Below are positions 1-12,903 of a DNA stretch of 64,000 nt, piece after piece. A program made the translations under genes and the position numbers. The notes under the pieces are model-generated. The model saw nothing but the letters and a program-made list of their open reading frames with translations. It was not told where the DNA came from and searched no databases. Location of the stretch: positions 17,918,001 through 17,982,000 of the forward strand of contig OZ059894.1 in the NCBI GenBank assembly GCA_964057225.1. Direction: 5' to 3'. This stretch comes from Auanema rhodensis. Its lineage: Eukaryota > Animalia > Nematoda. How positions within the stretch are numbered: position 1 is the first letter of the stretch; the number at the start of each line of letters is the position of its first letter.

Positions 1-587
1 ATATCTTTTGAAAACAGAATGGCAGCGTTCAAATCAGCATTATCTTTAGCTAAGATTTCGTTTGTTTTCGCTACTCTTGTAGCAGAAACAATATCACCTA
101 GTAAAACATTGAAAAATGCTTCAGATCCTTGGTTTTGAAGCAAACTCTGGAAAACCTATTTGAAAAGAAGTTTTCACTCAAATTTTACTTTGTAAGTGTT
201 CATTTTTCTTTCAACATCAACAGTCAATCCATTTTTTGCTAGAGCATTATCACCTACTTGACTCATGTTATCCAATTTACTTAATATTTCAATAGAAGCT
301 TTAAAAGCTTCATCAACCATATTTCTAAAACAAAGGCTTAATTCAAGAGAGAAGAATAAAACCAACTTAATCTTTATAGATTTTGATTCGTCACCAAAGG
401 AACTTTCTGGGGACGCAGGTTGATAAGCGGCACTCACTGATCTGAAGTTTATTCGATAACATAGGATTGTAAGACATGAAAACCGTTCAATGTCATCCTG
501 AAGTCTGCGACGGGCACGGCCGGTAGAAAATCTACCACCTCTAGGATCGTCGAATTCCACCAAAAAATCATCAGCACCTTTACTCAT
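1..587 (-). CDS. Unknown protein, 5' part (runs off the window edge)
   Basis: ATG at 587 just after a ttctag acceptor; exons MSKGADDFLVEFDDPRGGRFSTGRARRRLQDDIER / SVSAAYQPASPESSFGDESKSIKI / NMVDEAFK...MNTYK / SLLQNQGSEAFF joined by short GT-AG introns. No family recognised. Confidence 0.6.
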
Positions 588-871
588 TCTAGAAGCCCAG
601 AATTTTGTATTCAGATATTTAAAAAAATGATAGAAAATAAGAATCGACAGACGTTCATAAATCTTTACAATTAACATAAGACAAATATTTATGTGTTCAA
701 GCACTGGGATCAAAACGAGATCTGAAATGTTGATTATGATAAAGTAGGCCGTTTGGTGGACCTAAACAAAAATGAAACATTGAGAGAGCTATAAGCTCAA
801 ATATATGTGAAACTCCACTAAATCAAAAAAGCGAATTAATTTTAACTAATTACAGTTAGAAAACATTGAAT

Positions 872-3222
872 TCAATCAATAGTTACAATAATTGCAGGTT
901 CTTCATCAGAATTTTCTAGCTCATCGGATGCTCTATCTTCAGCGCTGTCTTCGCCTAGTACTGATGGTAATTGAACGTCTTCTTCCTCCTCTTCCTGCTC
1001 TTCTTCTACCATTTCTATAACGGCTGCTTCACGTCTTCGTCTATCTTCTTCTTCTTTTTTTTTCTTCTGTGCTTCTCGAATTGCCGCTTCTTCGGCTTCA
1101 ATTTCTATGATACTTTTAGGAGGAGGAATAGCCTTTTGCTGGGCAACAAGCTTAAATAGAACCGCTTACAAGGTACTGAAACATTGTGGTTACCTCATCT
1201 AACTTTTCTTGATTTTCAATATAGAATGCTCTGATCATATCAGGAGATTTGTTTCCCACAATCTCCGCAACAGCGCTGAAGTTTAGTTCATAACGTACCA
1301 AAGCTGAATTAAAATTATGTTATTGCAACAAAGTAAACTAAAGTTACCTAAGAAAGCGAAAAATCGTTCTTTATCCGTCCAGGCAGGTACAACACGTGTT
1401 CTTTCTTTTTTTGGAACATATTCCTTTACGATTTGCCTATAAAATTTCGATTCATAACCAAGTAGTTCTATAAACAAACTTGTATTTTGGAAGATCAGGA
1501 AGTTCACTTTTCATGTTTTCCAATAAATACTCAGTTCGATGGCAACGGATGATAATACGATTAATATACAAATGCAAATCACTGAAAAAAAAAGTATTAC
1601 AGCTTTAATCGGAAAAAAAAGATACTGCATAGTTTTTCGAGTTTTTGACTGTTTAGTGAAAACAACTTCCACGTCAGAATCCATTGGAACCTGAAAAAAA
1701 GTTTAGTATCAAAAGCTTAAAACCAAAACTTGCGTTTTCATTATCACTATCACTTGTTGATTTATTACTACAACACAGTTCTTCAAACTCTCCTACAAGA
1801 TCATCATAGTCTGAACAAACAATATTATTTCGGTGAAAAAGATAGAAAACAAAGAGACCATCAGGGCAAGTATATCCTTTGGTGATTACTTCCTCGCGTA
1901 AAGCAGCAATATAATCAGAAGGCCTCATAGCGTTATTTTTTCTAATAGGGAATGTATTAAATAATGACTCTTACTTAAAGTCATAAAACTTACTCATAAT
2001 ATATAAAGCATACATAGCATACTCGCTTATGCTCGCATTCTAATAAACTTGAAACAATATGACCACAATTTTCACACATTCCTTCTTGGAATTTTTCAAC
2101 AAATTGCTTTAAACTAAATATAAAAACATTAACTGAGCTTAACAACGTCATGAGATACAACTAACTTATCTAAAGATATACTATCATAAGTTCCTTTGCC
2201 CCAAGGTAGCATAGTGATATAACTAAAAACATAAATTGAAAACTTTGAAAAAAATACAACACTAACTCATCTTCATCATCGTTTAAGAGAATACCCATTT
2301 TCTCTAATAAGCTATTTTGTTTGAAAGACTTTTTGGTGTGATAATAATGATCAACAAGACTAGCAACTGACCGGTGAGGTAACTGGAATGGTTATATTTT
2401 AGAAAAACAGTTCACCCTGCTACAAACCATTAACTGAATTTTTTTGAAGTTTTTTCCATGAATTGTGTAAGCTTGACGGAAAAGCACAACATCGTCTAAC
2501 GTCCAATGCTCGTTAATGAGAACTCTTGTATCAAGCTGTTTACGAGCTTCATCAAAATTATAATCACATTTCATCAAAATAAACAATGCTCTATCTAAGG
2601 TCATCCCCTTGGCTTGTGCATAAGTAACAAAACTATTATACTCGTCTGTTTCTAATGGTTTAGCAGGAGCTTTCCATAAAACCTAAGAACATTTATTTTC
2701 GATGTTAAAAATTGATTAACCTACCCACTCATAATTATCTTCATTCACTTCTCGATCAGTCGGCCCAGGTGGTGAATCCAATGCTGCCTGAACGAATAAC
2801 AGAATTTGAATATCAAACATCAAAATTATACTTGAAAATTTTGCCCAACATTAATTTTTGATTTGCCCTTGGGAGAAGACAGCGCAGAAGCACAGCCTAA
2901 GAAAAAACAGTATACATGTTAAAATAATTCAGTTGAACGCCTACTTAGCTTACGTGGAGTTACACCATCTTCCTCTTCTTCTTCGTCGAACTGAACTCTT
3001 TTTTTGCCAGCTTCTTTAGAAGTTTTACTTTTCCCCTTCAAAAAATCATGTTTTCATCTAATCAATGTTAAATAAATTAATAAAAAAAGATATCAAAACA
3101 AATTTCAAAAGACTTACAGGGTCAGTTTCTATGTCTTCAGCGGAGTTTTGATTGGAATTTGAAGATGATGAGCTGCCTTCGCCATTGTCTTGCTTATTTG
3201 AACGACTACTTCGAGTTGCCAT
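872..3222 (-). CDS. CoREST/RCOR corepressor (SPR-1/RCOR-1-like): ELM2, SANT1, GATA-like Zn finger, SANT2
   Basis: Spliced translation: MATRSSRS...; ELM2 (INVGQNFQAA...VLWKAP); SANT1 (HWTLDDVVLFRQAYTIHGKNFKKIQLMLPHRSVASLVDHYY); CENCG...CYVCFIYY...MRP; SANT2 (WTDKERFFAFLALVRYELNFSAVAEIVGNKS); acidic tail, TGA at 872-874. Confidence 0.88.
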
Positions 3223-6200
3223 ATAGACCCTTCAAAATAAAAGTTTAGGTGATTGCATACATTGTCGAAATATTTCATAAATTGAAATTGAAAACAGGTA
3301 ACTTAAGAAGCTAATATTCAATTCACACGACAGGAACCGTTGTCTTAAATCCGCGCACACCCAGCGCGTATACAACTATTGCTTGTAAACGCCATGCATG
3401 AGTGTTTTTCAGAAATGTCACAAAAACATATGTTGCATGCTATTAAAAAAGCAACTGAGGCATTTTTAAGACTTTCGACGAGCTTAAGCTGTGATAAATT
3501 TTTTTGTATACAAATTTTAAAATGTAATTTGTAATTATTAAAAAAATAATTGAAATACCCATATCATAGAAAAAAAAATTTTAAAAATACTTTTAAATTT
3601 AGAACAACCGGTTGATAGTGTCTCAGAAATAAAAATACACTCTGTTTCACGTTAACGTGAAATTAACATTTTTTTTAGAAGATAAGACGCAAAAAAGACA
3701 GATAAGAGGGAATGCATTACATATGTTAATGAACACTGAATTAAAAATTAATTGGCTATCAAAATAGTTCTACAATCCAATTCTTTATACAACTAATTCA
3801 GAGGGGCATAATTTGAATACGCCGTATTTACGATCAATATTATGAGAGACAGTATGCCAATTCATCATTCTGATTTAAATGCCTAAGAATAACTTATTTA
3901 TAGATATAATACTCTTATTAAACTATTAAAGCAATTTGGTACTATTAAACAAGACAAAAGAACAAGCTTCACCTCAGTCATAAATATTCATTTTTTACTA
4001 TACATAGAGAGTACAAAGGTTTCAGTTCTCTTTCATCCCATAATTTTTACCAGTTCTCTTAACCATTTCTTCTCTTCTACTCCGTGATCAAATTCTCCCC
4101 TCTCTCTTTCTTTCTCTCTTTCTATCTCTGCTTGAATTCCTATCTCTCTCCTCACTTCCCTCACTTCTTTACAACTAACTCCAGCCCAATTTTTATTCCA
4201 ATTCGACGGCCTAAATATAAAATCCTCTTGATCTGACGTCTTTACCTGTATAGGGTATATATAATATCTTTTTTCTTTCTACATTCTAGTACTACCGATA
4301 TATTTTTTTTGAATTAGTGGTGGCCAAACCTATGTTCACTGAGGTTGAACTTTCCTAGCATAACAATTTGTTTCTAAAACTAAAAACGAATTCCTCACAG
4401 TAAGGATGATATTGAGATTTCCATGGCTATTATATGTTTTATTGATTCTCTCTCTGATTATTTGTATTCATTAACCTATAAAAGTAAATTTGTGTATTCA
4501 GCTTTAGGTAAATAGTTTATAATAATTTATAAGAGTTTAGGAAAAATTGAATGATTTGTCATGTCATAATCTTTATTAGTATTCAATGGTTAACTAGTTA
4601 CTCTATTTCACATTAACTGAAAATTTGAATGCAACCGCTCTGCAATGAAACTTGATTTGAAATGACAACATCCGAGTATACCAGCTTGACTTTGTATGTA
4701 TGAGAAACGTTTATATTATATAATATTACAGTGTGTATGTTAAACATTTAAATAATCTTGAAAATGTTGAAAATGTGTTCAGTTTATAATGTTTCTCAAG
4801 ATATTCATATATAGGCTTTTTGTCATAGAGCTCCTTAAGAGTATATCAAATTTCTGCAAGAATACACCATTTCTTCATGGAGTGGCCAATTACTATTAAG
4901 ATTTATCTTTTTGTTTTCTTAACCAGGTAGATATTGTGGAATTATTATTGTCGTTGGAAATATTTAGCATTTAAGTTCTCCTTTCTTATCGACATGATGT
5001 GCATTAAAACCCTATTATTTATCAATTAAATATACATAGTATATTAATTGTATTTTGTGAATAAGTTTGCCAATTTCCTAGCGTGAACTTGCAATTCATG
5101 TTTAATTTGGTTTTTTATTTCGATTTTTTTATATTTCCAAATTAGTTAACCTCTTTAATTTATTCTGCATCTCTGATTTTCCGATGATTAAAGTTTTTTC
5201 ATATTTGAAATCAATATAAAAAAACAGTTTTTATATTTTTTCTTCTTCTGATGATTAAAATTCAATAAAATATTTTAGCTAATTTCTGGATATATTTGAT
5301 TCAAATTTGTATTTTTTGTCCTAATGTTTTTAGGTGACCACAGTTTTTGTTGTTCCTACGATTAACGAGCACAAAACCATACGCTTATCACTTATCCTTT
5401 TAAAAATGAGGGTTTTTCTAAAAATAAAAGTTTTAAGCAGTCTGGCTTGTTTTCCAAACGTCTTGCGTTTCTTTGTTATAAATTGCTGAGCAACAGATGA
5501 AACTCTATTTACACACCTTTTTACAGTTTTTTTGGAACACTAACATGTCGTAGTAGCGTGTACTCAGAGCCCGTGCGAATTACAGAGGTCTACTATCATT
5601 TTCCAAAAAAGAAATTGTTTCTTTCATAGTATTTTCTCCTTTCGTGCAATAACTCGACTTGTATCTATCCTCCTGTATGTACATACGTGAAGCAAGAAGT
5701 GCGTCTAGAATTGACAGTCAAATTCTTTTTCAAAATGATTAAAAATAAAATAAGGTTTTCTATTTTTTAAAAGAAGTATGTACATATGATTTGAATACTT
5801 TTAACTTTTCTTTTGTTTTTTTTATATACTTGTTGACAATATATGACATTTTCGCTCATAATCGTTCCGATGATGTCACATGCTGTGAAAAATTAATTTC
5901 CCTTTATTCTGTAGTCATTTGAGGATCTTTAAACTAACCTTGACATGGTTATGATACTATTTAGACAAATAAAAAATGTCTGAATGCCATAACCGTTCTT
6001 GCTTTAATCATAAAACTAAGACTATTGTGTTGCAGGTTCAATAGAAAAATGCAAAATGCATTGTTTTCTTTTAGTCATTTGTCTATCCACATGACTACAC
6101 TGTCATTTGATCTTCATTCCCTTGGAATATATGAATATCCTGCTGTTCAACTGTCCTTAACCCATCCGTAAAATAACTTGATTAATGGGTTTTCTTAAAT

Positions 6201-9200
6201 AAACATATTGATAAACAAGGAAAATTCTTCTGCCCCTTCTTGATTCCTAATCCCGAAAAAAATTTATTCCGTCGCTACTTTTTATGTTAGGATTTACTAC
6301 CTTCGAACAGATCACTTGACTTAAAAATCACTTGCTCATTCTATGTTCGTCCTTAGCATCGTTCTACAATATAACCGGCATTCTTTGTATGATCGTTTTC
6401 GCCTTCTTCAATGATCCTCAAAACCTATCCCATTATATCTCATTTGCATGTCAAAGTACCGTAAACGGCAACTAATCCTCAATGACCGAAGCTGAAAAAG
6501 AAGAGAATGTTCACTATTCATAGTAAGTGAAGCATTGCTTTCCTTCAAATTTCTCTCATCTCTCTCTTTCTCTCTCATTCTCTCTTGTCAACCCTACTGT
6601 TCCCGCCTTTTATCCTAACAGTCCGAAAATGTACAAATATCCCATATAATATCATATAGATGTTACTTTTAAGAAGAATTTTCGCTACTCGTATATATCA
6701 ATGATTTTATATTGTATTATTCTCATAATTTACATTTTACAATTTTCCTCTCTTACGTGATTTCTGATCTCCTATTTTTGGATTATTCGTTTAAACTAGA
6801 TTTAACTTTCCACAGCTCTACAACTTTTCTGAACTGTCTTCAAAACATTACCATTCTGTTTTTTGAGGAGTACGTCCTTGAACAGCGATTATAAACAATC
6901 GTCATTTTGGGGCAATATTACCTTTCAAGGAAATCTCACTAACTTCGTGTACTCTTGATGCTTAAGGTTGTGTCTTTAACCATTGCTTATAGCTTACGAA
7001 TAAGTATTTGATGACAACATCCAAGTTTAATTTCGAATGACATCATGTTTCCTTAAGCTTTTGTATACCATATTCAAAAGCATCTAGGATTGTCGAACTT
7101 GATGTTTTTTCGCTTGAGTTCTTGTTCCTTTTCATGATGTTCCCTTTGCTCTTCGTTCATAGCAAGACCGGCTTCCATATGTGAAGCTGTATTTAGTTAA
7201 AGCTAGACCTGGCATCAACATTTTCTTTATTCACTCACTTGAGCTGTGAATGACGCATACAATTTAAGAAGCTCAATGAACATGCTCACCAAATCGCCAA
7301 ATATTGATCAGATAACAATATGTTCATTCCCAATAGCTTTTTAGTGTTCTGAACTTGAAAGTATATCAATATTTACCGAATTATTTTTTTATTTTGTTTT
7401 GCAACATTTTTAAATAAAACTGAACTCAGACTTCTGTCAATCATTTTTTATCTTATTTGACTTTCTTTACATAATGTTTCAAGACATGTAAATTATTTAA
7501 GTATCTCATGCTCTCTATAGTTTTAAGCAATCTTATGTCTTCTATCTTTTCAAATGCTCAACAATTGACCAAAGTTTTTTTAAAAGGAACTCTATTTGTT
7601 CATCTGTTGTTTCTTCGTTCGAACCGAAGCGCAACATGAATATCTATTTTCGACACCAGCCGTGAGTTGTTCACCCACAATTTACTTGGATCTCTAATTT
7701 ATTTTAAAAGATTTTTTTTCAGTTATCTTTTGATAACTATGTTAACTAAATGATAATTCATCTCATTTTAAGCATAATATCGGGAGCGAGGGTTTGCTTC
7801 ATAGAAATTTCAAATGTTTTTCAAATTCCCTTCGATGTTTTTATTTATTTTTAACTCTTTGAAACATCTTCGTTTATACCGAACTCAAAAAGAATATTCA
7901 AATATATCTTAAAGAAATTTTATTGTTATGTTGCTATTCCACATAAATCAAAAGTATTTTATTATTTGTATCCCTCTGAGACCAGATTTTAACGCATTCC
8001 TACCTATTCGTTCTAGGCATTCCTTCTTTTTTTCTCAATCAGGTGTGACAAAACGAGATTTTTTGAAATGCTTGTGCAATAAGTTCTGTGTAAACTGATC
8101 TCCATTGTTTCACATATTCAGCTATATGTATACAACAGTAACTTTATCTAAAAATGATATAAAATTATTTTTTATATTTTCATATTTGGATTAGTACAAC
8201 ACTTGTTATGACCTGATGATTGACTTTTCTTTCTTTCTACACTAAACTATTCAAAATATACACTGTTTTTGGTTTATCTCTTTGAAAACATGTGAAGTGG
8301 TTTCGATTAAAACAATATCTGATGTTTTTTTTCTTTAAGCTATGGTCGCTTGAAACATCTTACAGACTTCGTTTTCTAAACCAGATAACCATATGATTGA
8401 GCTTATTTTATGGTATTCAAACCCTTCGAATCCTCTAATACTAGATACAGACTTGATGGTGATTACCTCCGATTTTCATAGCTTTTCCTTTTCAATACAG
8501 TAATCCTGCAGCTGGAAGGAGTGCTAGTAGGAAAACATACCTATTGTTATTCTGAAAAGGCTAGATGCCAAAGGATGCTAGATACAACCTTGACTTTGAA
8601 TGAGGCTATTATAGGCTTTTTCTACTTATATGAAGGTTATAATCGCTTCATTTAATCTTTTTCAAATGTAATTTAATACCAAAGAAGCCTAAACCGTTCT
8701 CGAGAAAATGTTCGTGAACGGCTTACAGGGTTAAGAACTGTTCTACAAAAAAAACCTCACATGTACAAACTTTTCCATTAAGTTTCTCCTGTACTTGATC
8801 AGAAAAAGGATTGAAGCTAACACAATAATACAAAAACAAAATACGCATTGAATTTTTCTAAGTTCAACAAGCTGCGGCAATAGGAGGATCTTCATTTGAT
8901 CCGTCTTAGATGATGTTTCATCTTCCCTTTTCGTTTTTACCACTCTCTCGCCCTCATCTTGCCTGCTTGTCTACCTGGCTGTCCATTCAAACGCTGAAAG
9001 AACAAGACACACAAACTGTATGTAGATATACCTCAAATGGAGGAAAATTGGCCCGACGTGAATTTCGTTGTATATAACTCAATTTTTCTTTTAGCGTATT
9101 CAGCATGGACTTGCAATGAATCTAGTCTTCGATTGACTTCCTGTTCTATACCTCATCTGTATTTTCAAAATCTATTATAATATTCATTACTTTATTCTTT

Positions 9201-10570
9201 GTTTTTTTTGTTTTTTATTCAAATTTAAAATATTTTTTAATATATGTATATATATATTTTCAATTCATAAAAATTTTATTTTAGTTTTCTAAATTATTTT
9301 GAAGAAATTTTTTTGAACATACAAGTCCAATAACTTCAGGGAAAAACTTGAGATCGTTTTCTTCAAACTTCCACTGTTCCGCCCCTGTATGTCGTTTTGC
9401 TATAAACATGCGATCGGTTTTATATTTTCAATCGTTCTTCTCAAAGAATCTATAAGCTCTATTGAGCAACCGTTTCTATTTTAATTATTTATTATAAATT
9501 TGTTAATAATAAATAAATAATAATTATGTTTATTTATACATAAATACATAATATATCGTTTATTATTCGCTTTATTAATAGATTAGAAAATTATTTTTAA
9601 AGTTTATATTTCAAAAAAAAAAAAATTTTTTTTCCAATTTTGTTCCATCTGCCATAGTTTTCATGTACATTAATAATTGTGATAATAATAAAAAATAAAT
9701 GCGTGAGAAGATAGTTAAAAAGAAAAAAAGTTCCCTAATCTGGTCTTTGTTTGTTCCCTCTCTCTGGCCTGTAGTTGAAGAAATGACCAGTACCAGTCTA
9801 AGAAGAAAAGTCTAGTCAGAAAAAAGATAGAATAACCCTGTTCTCTTCTTTTTCATCTTGAAGTACCTTTCTTTTTTCCACCTCTCTACTTCCTTTCTCA
9901 TCAGGGACTCGTGGGTTTTGAGTAAATTACCCTTTTCTCAAATCCGAATGTTTAGTATTTGATTAGAAAATATTATAAATTTTAACAAAGTTTATACTAC
10001 TTATAAATCTTTGTTATTCCTATATTTGAAAATTCTTTTGAATCGTGTTTTCATATTTACTTCCTACGTACTTCAACTTTTTCTTTGAGTATCTTCATAT
10101 TATATGTTCTTATTGGTTTTCAAAAACCCTAAGACATTCATAATCCAAACCATGTGCCATTATTAAAAATTTAAATCCAGAAACAGGATGAACTTCAAGT
10201 TCATCTTTTCTTTTAATCATTTGTATACACACACCAGCTCCAGTTGGCATTTTTGGTGGTCAGGAACAAACAAACGAAAATACCTTGTCCTTTTCTCTTT
10301 CCCTCTCTCTGTTCTTCTTCTTCTCTCTCTCTGTCTCTTTTTTGCTGGCTCCTCAATTCCTCAATGCGAATTTGAATATGAAATTTTAGTTTTATTATTA
10401 ACTTTCTACAACTGGTTATATCTTACATCATAAGATTCTCTTTAGTATTTATATTCTTATTCTCACGTCATGTGCCTTTCTTATTCAATCTTACGAATCA
10501 ATTTTCCCACTGTACTGGCAACTTCCAATTTTAGGCTTAAGTTTTAGAAACTAAGCCGGCTAACAGCGCC

Positions 10571-10597
10571 ATGGAATGCTTTCTTCAATGCATTCAG
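10571..10597 (+). CDS. Candidate alternative first coding micro-exon of DAAM (MECFLQCIQ)
   Basis: taacag acceptor, gccATGG context, 9 codons, CAG|gtttat donor in phase 0, compatible with the tttcag|ATG acceptor at 12904. Confidence 0.5.
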
Positions 10598-12903
10598 GTT
10601 TATCTAACTCAAGGTCTTTCTACCAATAGACAGTCTTTGAACCTGATCATTTTCTTCTCGATGTCCATAATACACCGAAGGCCGGGATTTTAGATGGCAT
10701 TGTTCAATCCCATTGGTACGAACATGCCCATTCATTTTTTTTCTCATTTTGTGTTGAATTTTTTAATCAGATCATTCCGTTTTGATTATATTCCTCCTTG
10801 AATCAAATTCTTCCGTCCAAGTTCATTCATATAATCCTCCTTTCAGTTTTTATTTAAAATTTTAATTCATAAAGAAATATATCTTTTGATGTTCAATCAG
10901 TTTACCATTATATTTGATGTCTAAAAAGTTTGAAAAAAACATTCTCTTATACCTCTTACCTCCTCTCCTCTCTCCCCAGTATTTGGTCAAAATGTTCGTT
11001 ATGATATAAACCTAGTTTAGTGTTCAAAGGTAGAACGGACTTGAATATCGCATAATCATCTGATTTGTAGTGACTGTTTTAGGTTCTAATGACGGTCATA
11101 ACAATTTTTTAATGCCCTTTACTGATGAATTAGTGTTGAAAGGTTATTATATATTGTGTACTTTACATATAAAATTCTTTTTTTTTATTTTTGTTTTCTT
11201 CATTCGTTTTATTTAAAAAAATTATTTTGTATTCTACTCTAATATAGTCTAACAAACGATCGTAATCCAATACAGACATGATTTTGACATCTATACCATG
11301 TTCTAGACAGTTGATCAGCCGGATGTCAACTATATTATAAACGGAAAACCAGCTGTTAAATCGGATAACTGTCTAATCACGTAGCAAGCTTATCCTAAAA
11401 GAACTTTACTATATGCTTAGTTAAAATAATTGTTTTTGGCTATATTTGACCCTCAAAAACCTTAAAACCTTACCATACGAATAATGAAGAATCTATAGAA
11501 CTTTATTAAAATTTTATCAATTACAATATCTAATATCTTCAAAGAGATGGCGCTATCTATACATGTAATGATTTGATCAATTTTAACACTCAACTGAGCA
11601 TTATTTAGATTTTCTCACCAATATATTCTCATATTTTCCAATTCAATGCACTTAGAGTTACAGATTATTAAAGATTTTTTTATTATCTTATTTTATTATT
11701 AGAACTATTCTTCCTGAAATTGATTCTTCACATTCGATTTATACTTATCTTAACTAACCAATTTGGCCGATTGATTGGCAATACTGGATATCTTAACTGA
11801 TTTTTATGATTACGGCGTCATTTTCCAGCTATCTGCCTCTTTGTAATCCGTTTTACTAGTATTTTTATCTCGAATCATTTTCATGAAGATATAAAGTATT
11901 TTCCAAATCTTTTGATTCCTCTAATCAGAAATCTTTTTAAATATTATTTGAGCTCAATGGACAATTCTATGACCTTTCGCAAATTACGACAAAGAAGTCA
12001 GTAATATCTTAGGCATTTTCCCAAGCCTTTGCCGCCAAACGCTTGACTTTCTTTTCTTCAATAACTATAATTCGCTTTTTTGACCAAATTCCACAAAAAA
12101 ATTCCAACTGAAGGGAATGTCTTTAACATATTTCTGTTCCGTCCTTGTACTCATTTTTCAATAGCCAACTCAGGAAAAACAACATTATTATGAAAACAAA
12201 TACTTTACATGATCTATAAATTATATAAAATATTTAGAATATATAAATCTAATTAATTATTAAAAATTATAAGAAAATATTATAATTAAGTTCATTTATC
12301 AGTAAAATAAACATTGATATCTTGTAAACTATGAAACAAAGTATCAATAAATGATTTAATAATAAATGACCAAAGGGCGATTAAACAGAAAAAGATAATT
12401 AGCTAGAATAAGCGCGATCTTTCTCTTCTTGAGAGCGAAAGGTCTTCCTTGCGATATGAATCGTCCGATCATCTTCATCAGCATCATCATCATCATCCAT
12501 ATCTCCCCATTCATTCCTCTCTATCTTTCATTCTGTTTCTCATTGCAAAACATGAATCAAAATCTTACATATAAGCATATTGGTGTGAATCTACTCAAAA
12601 TCCAAAACGAAACACTACATCACCACACCTTGTTTGAATCCTGCTTCTTCTATTATTTGTTATCCCGATTTCTATAAGCATTCCTTAAGATCTTCCAACG
12701 TTTCAATAGAAATAATATGATGACCATTAAAAAAGTCTTGTTAAATCTGTAGTTATCGGCAAGAAAACAAGATCTTTACTTCTCATCATTTTTTTTCAAA
12801 TTTATATTTTATTTTTCTTGTTGTAAAGTAACAATTTTCTAATTTTTTTAATATTTTTCCCTTTATATTCGTAGTTTTGTGTTTTTCCAAATTTATATTT
12901 CAG

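Noticed and set aside
3642-3649. piRNA Ruby motif CTGTTTCA
   Set aside because: Isolated; other copies fall in exons or introns and there is no cluster-level density.
8575-8640. Candidate DAAM upstream exon MLDTTLTLNEAIIGFFYLYE
   Set aside because: Donor phase (1) is incompatible with the phase-0 acceptor at 12904.
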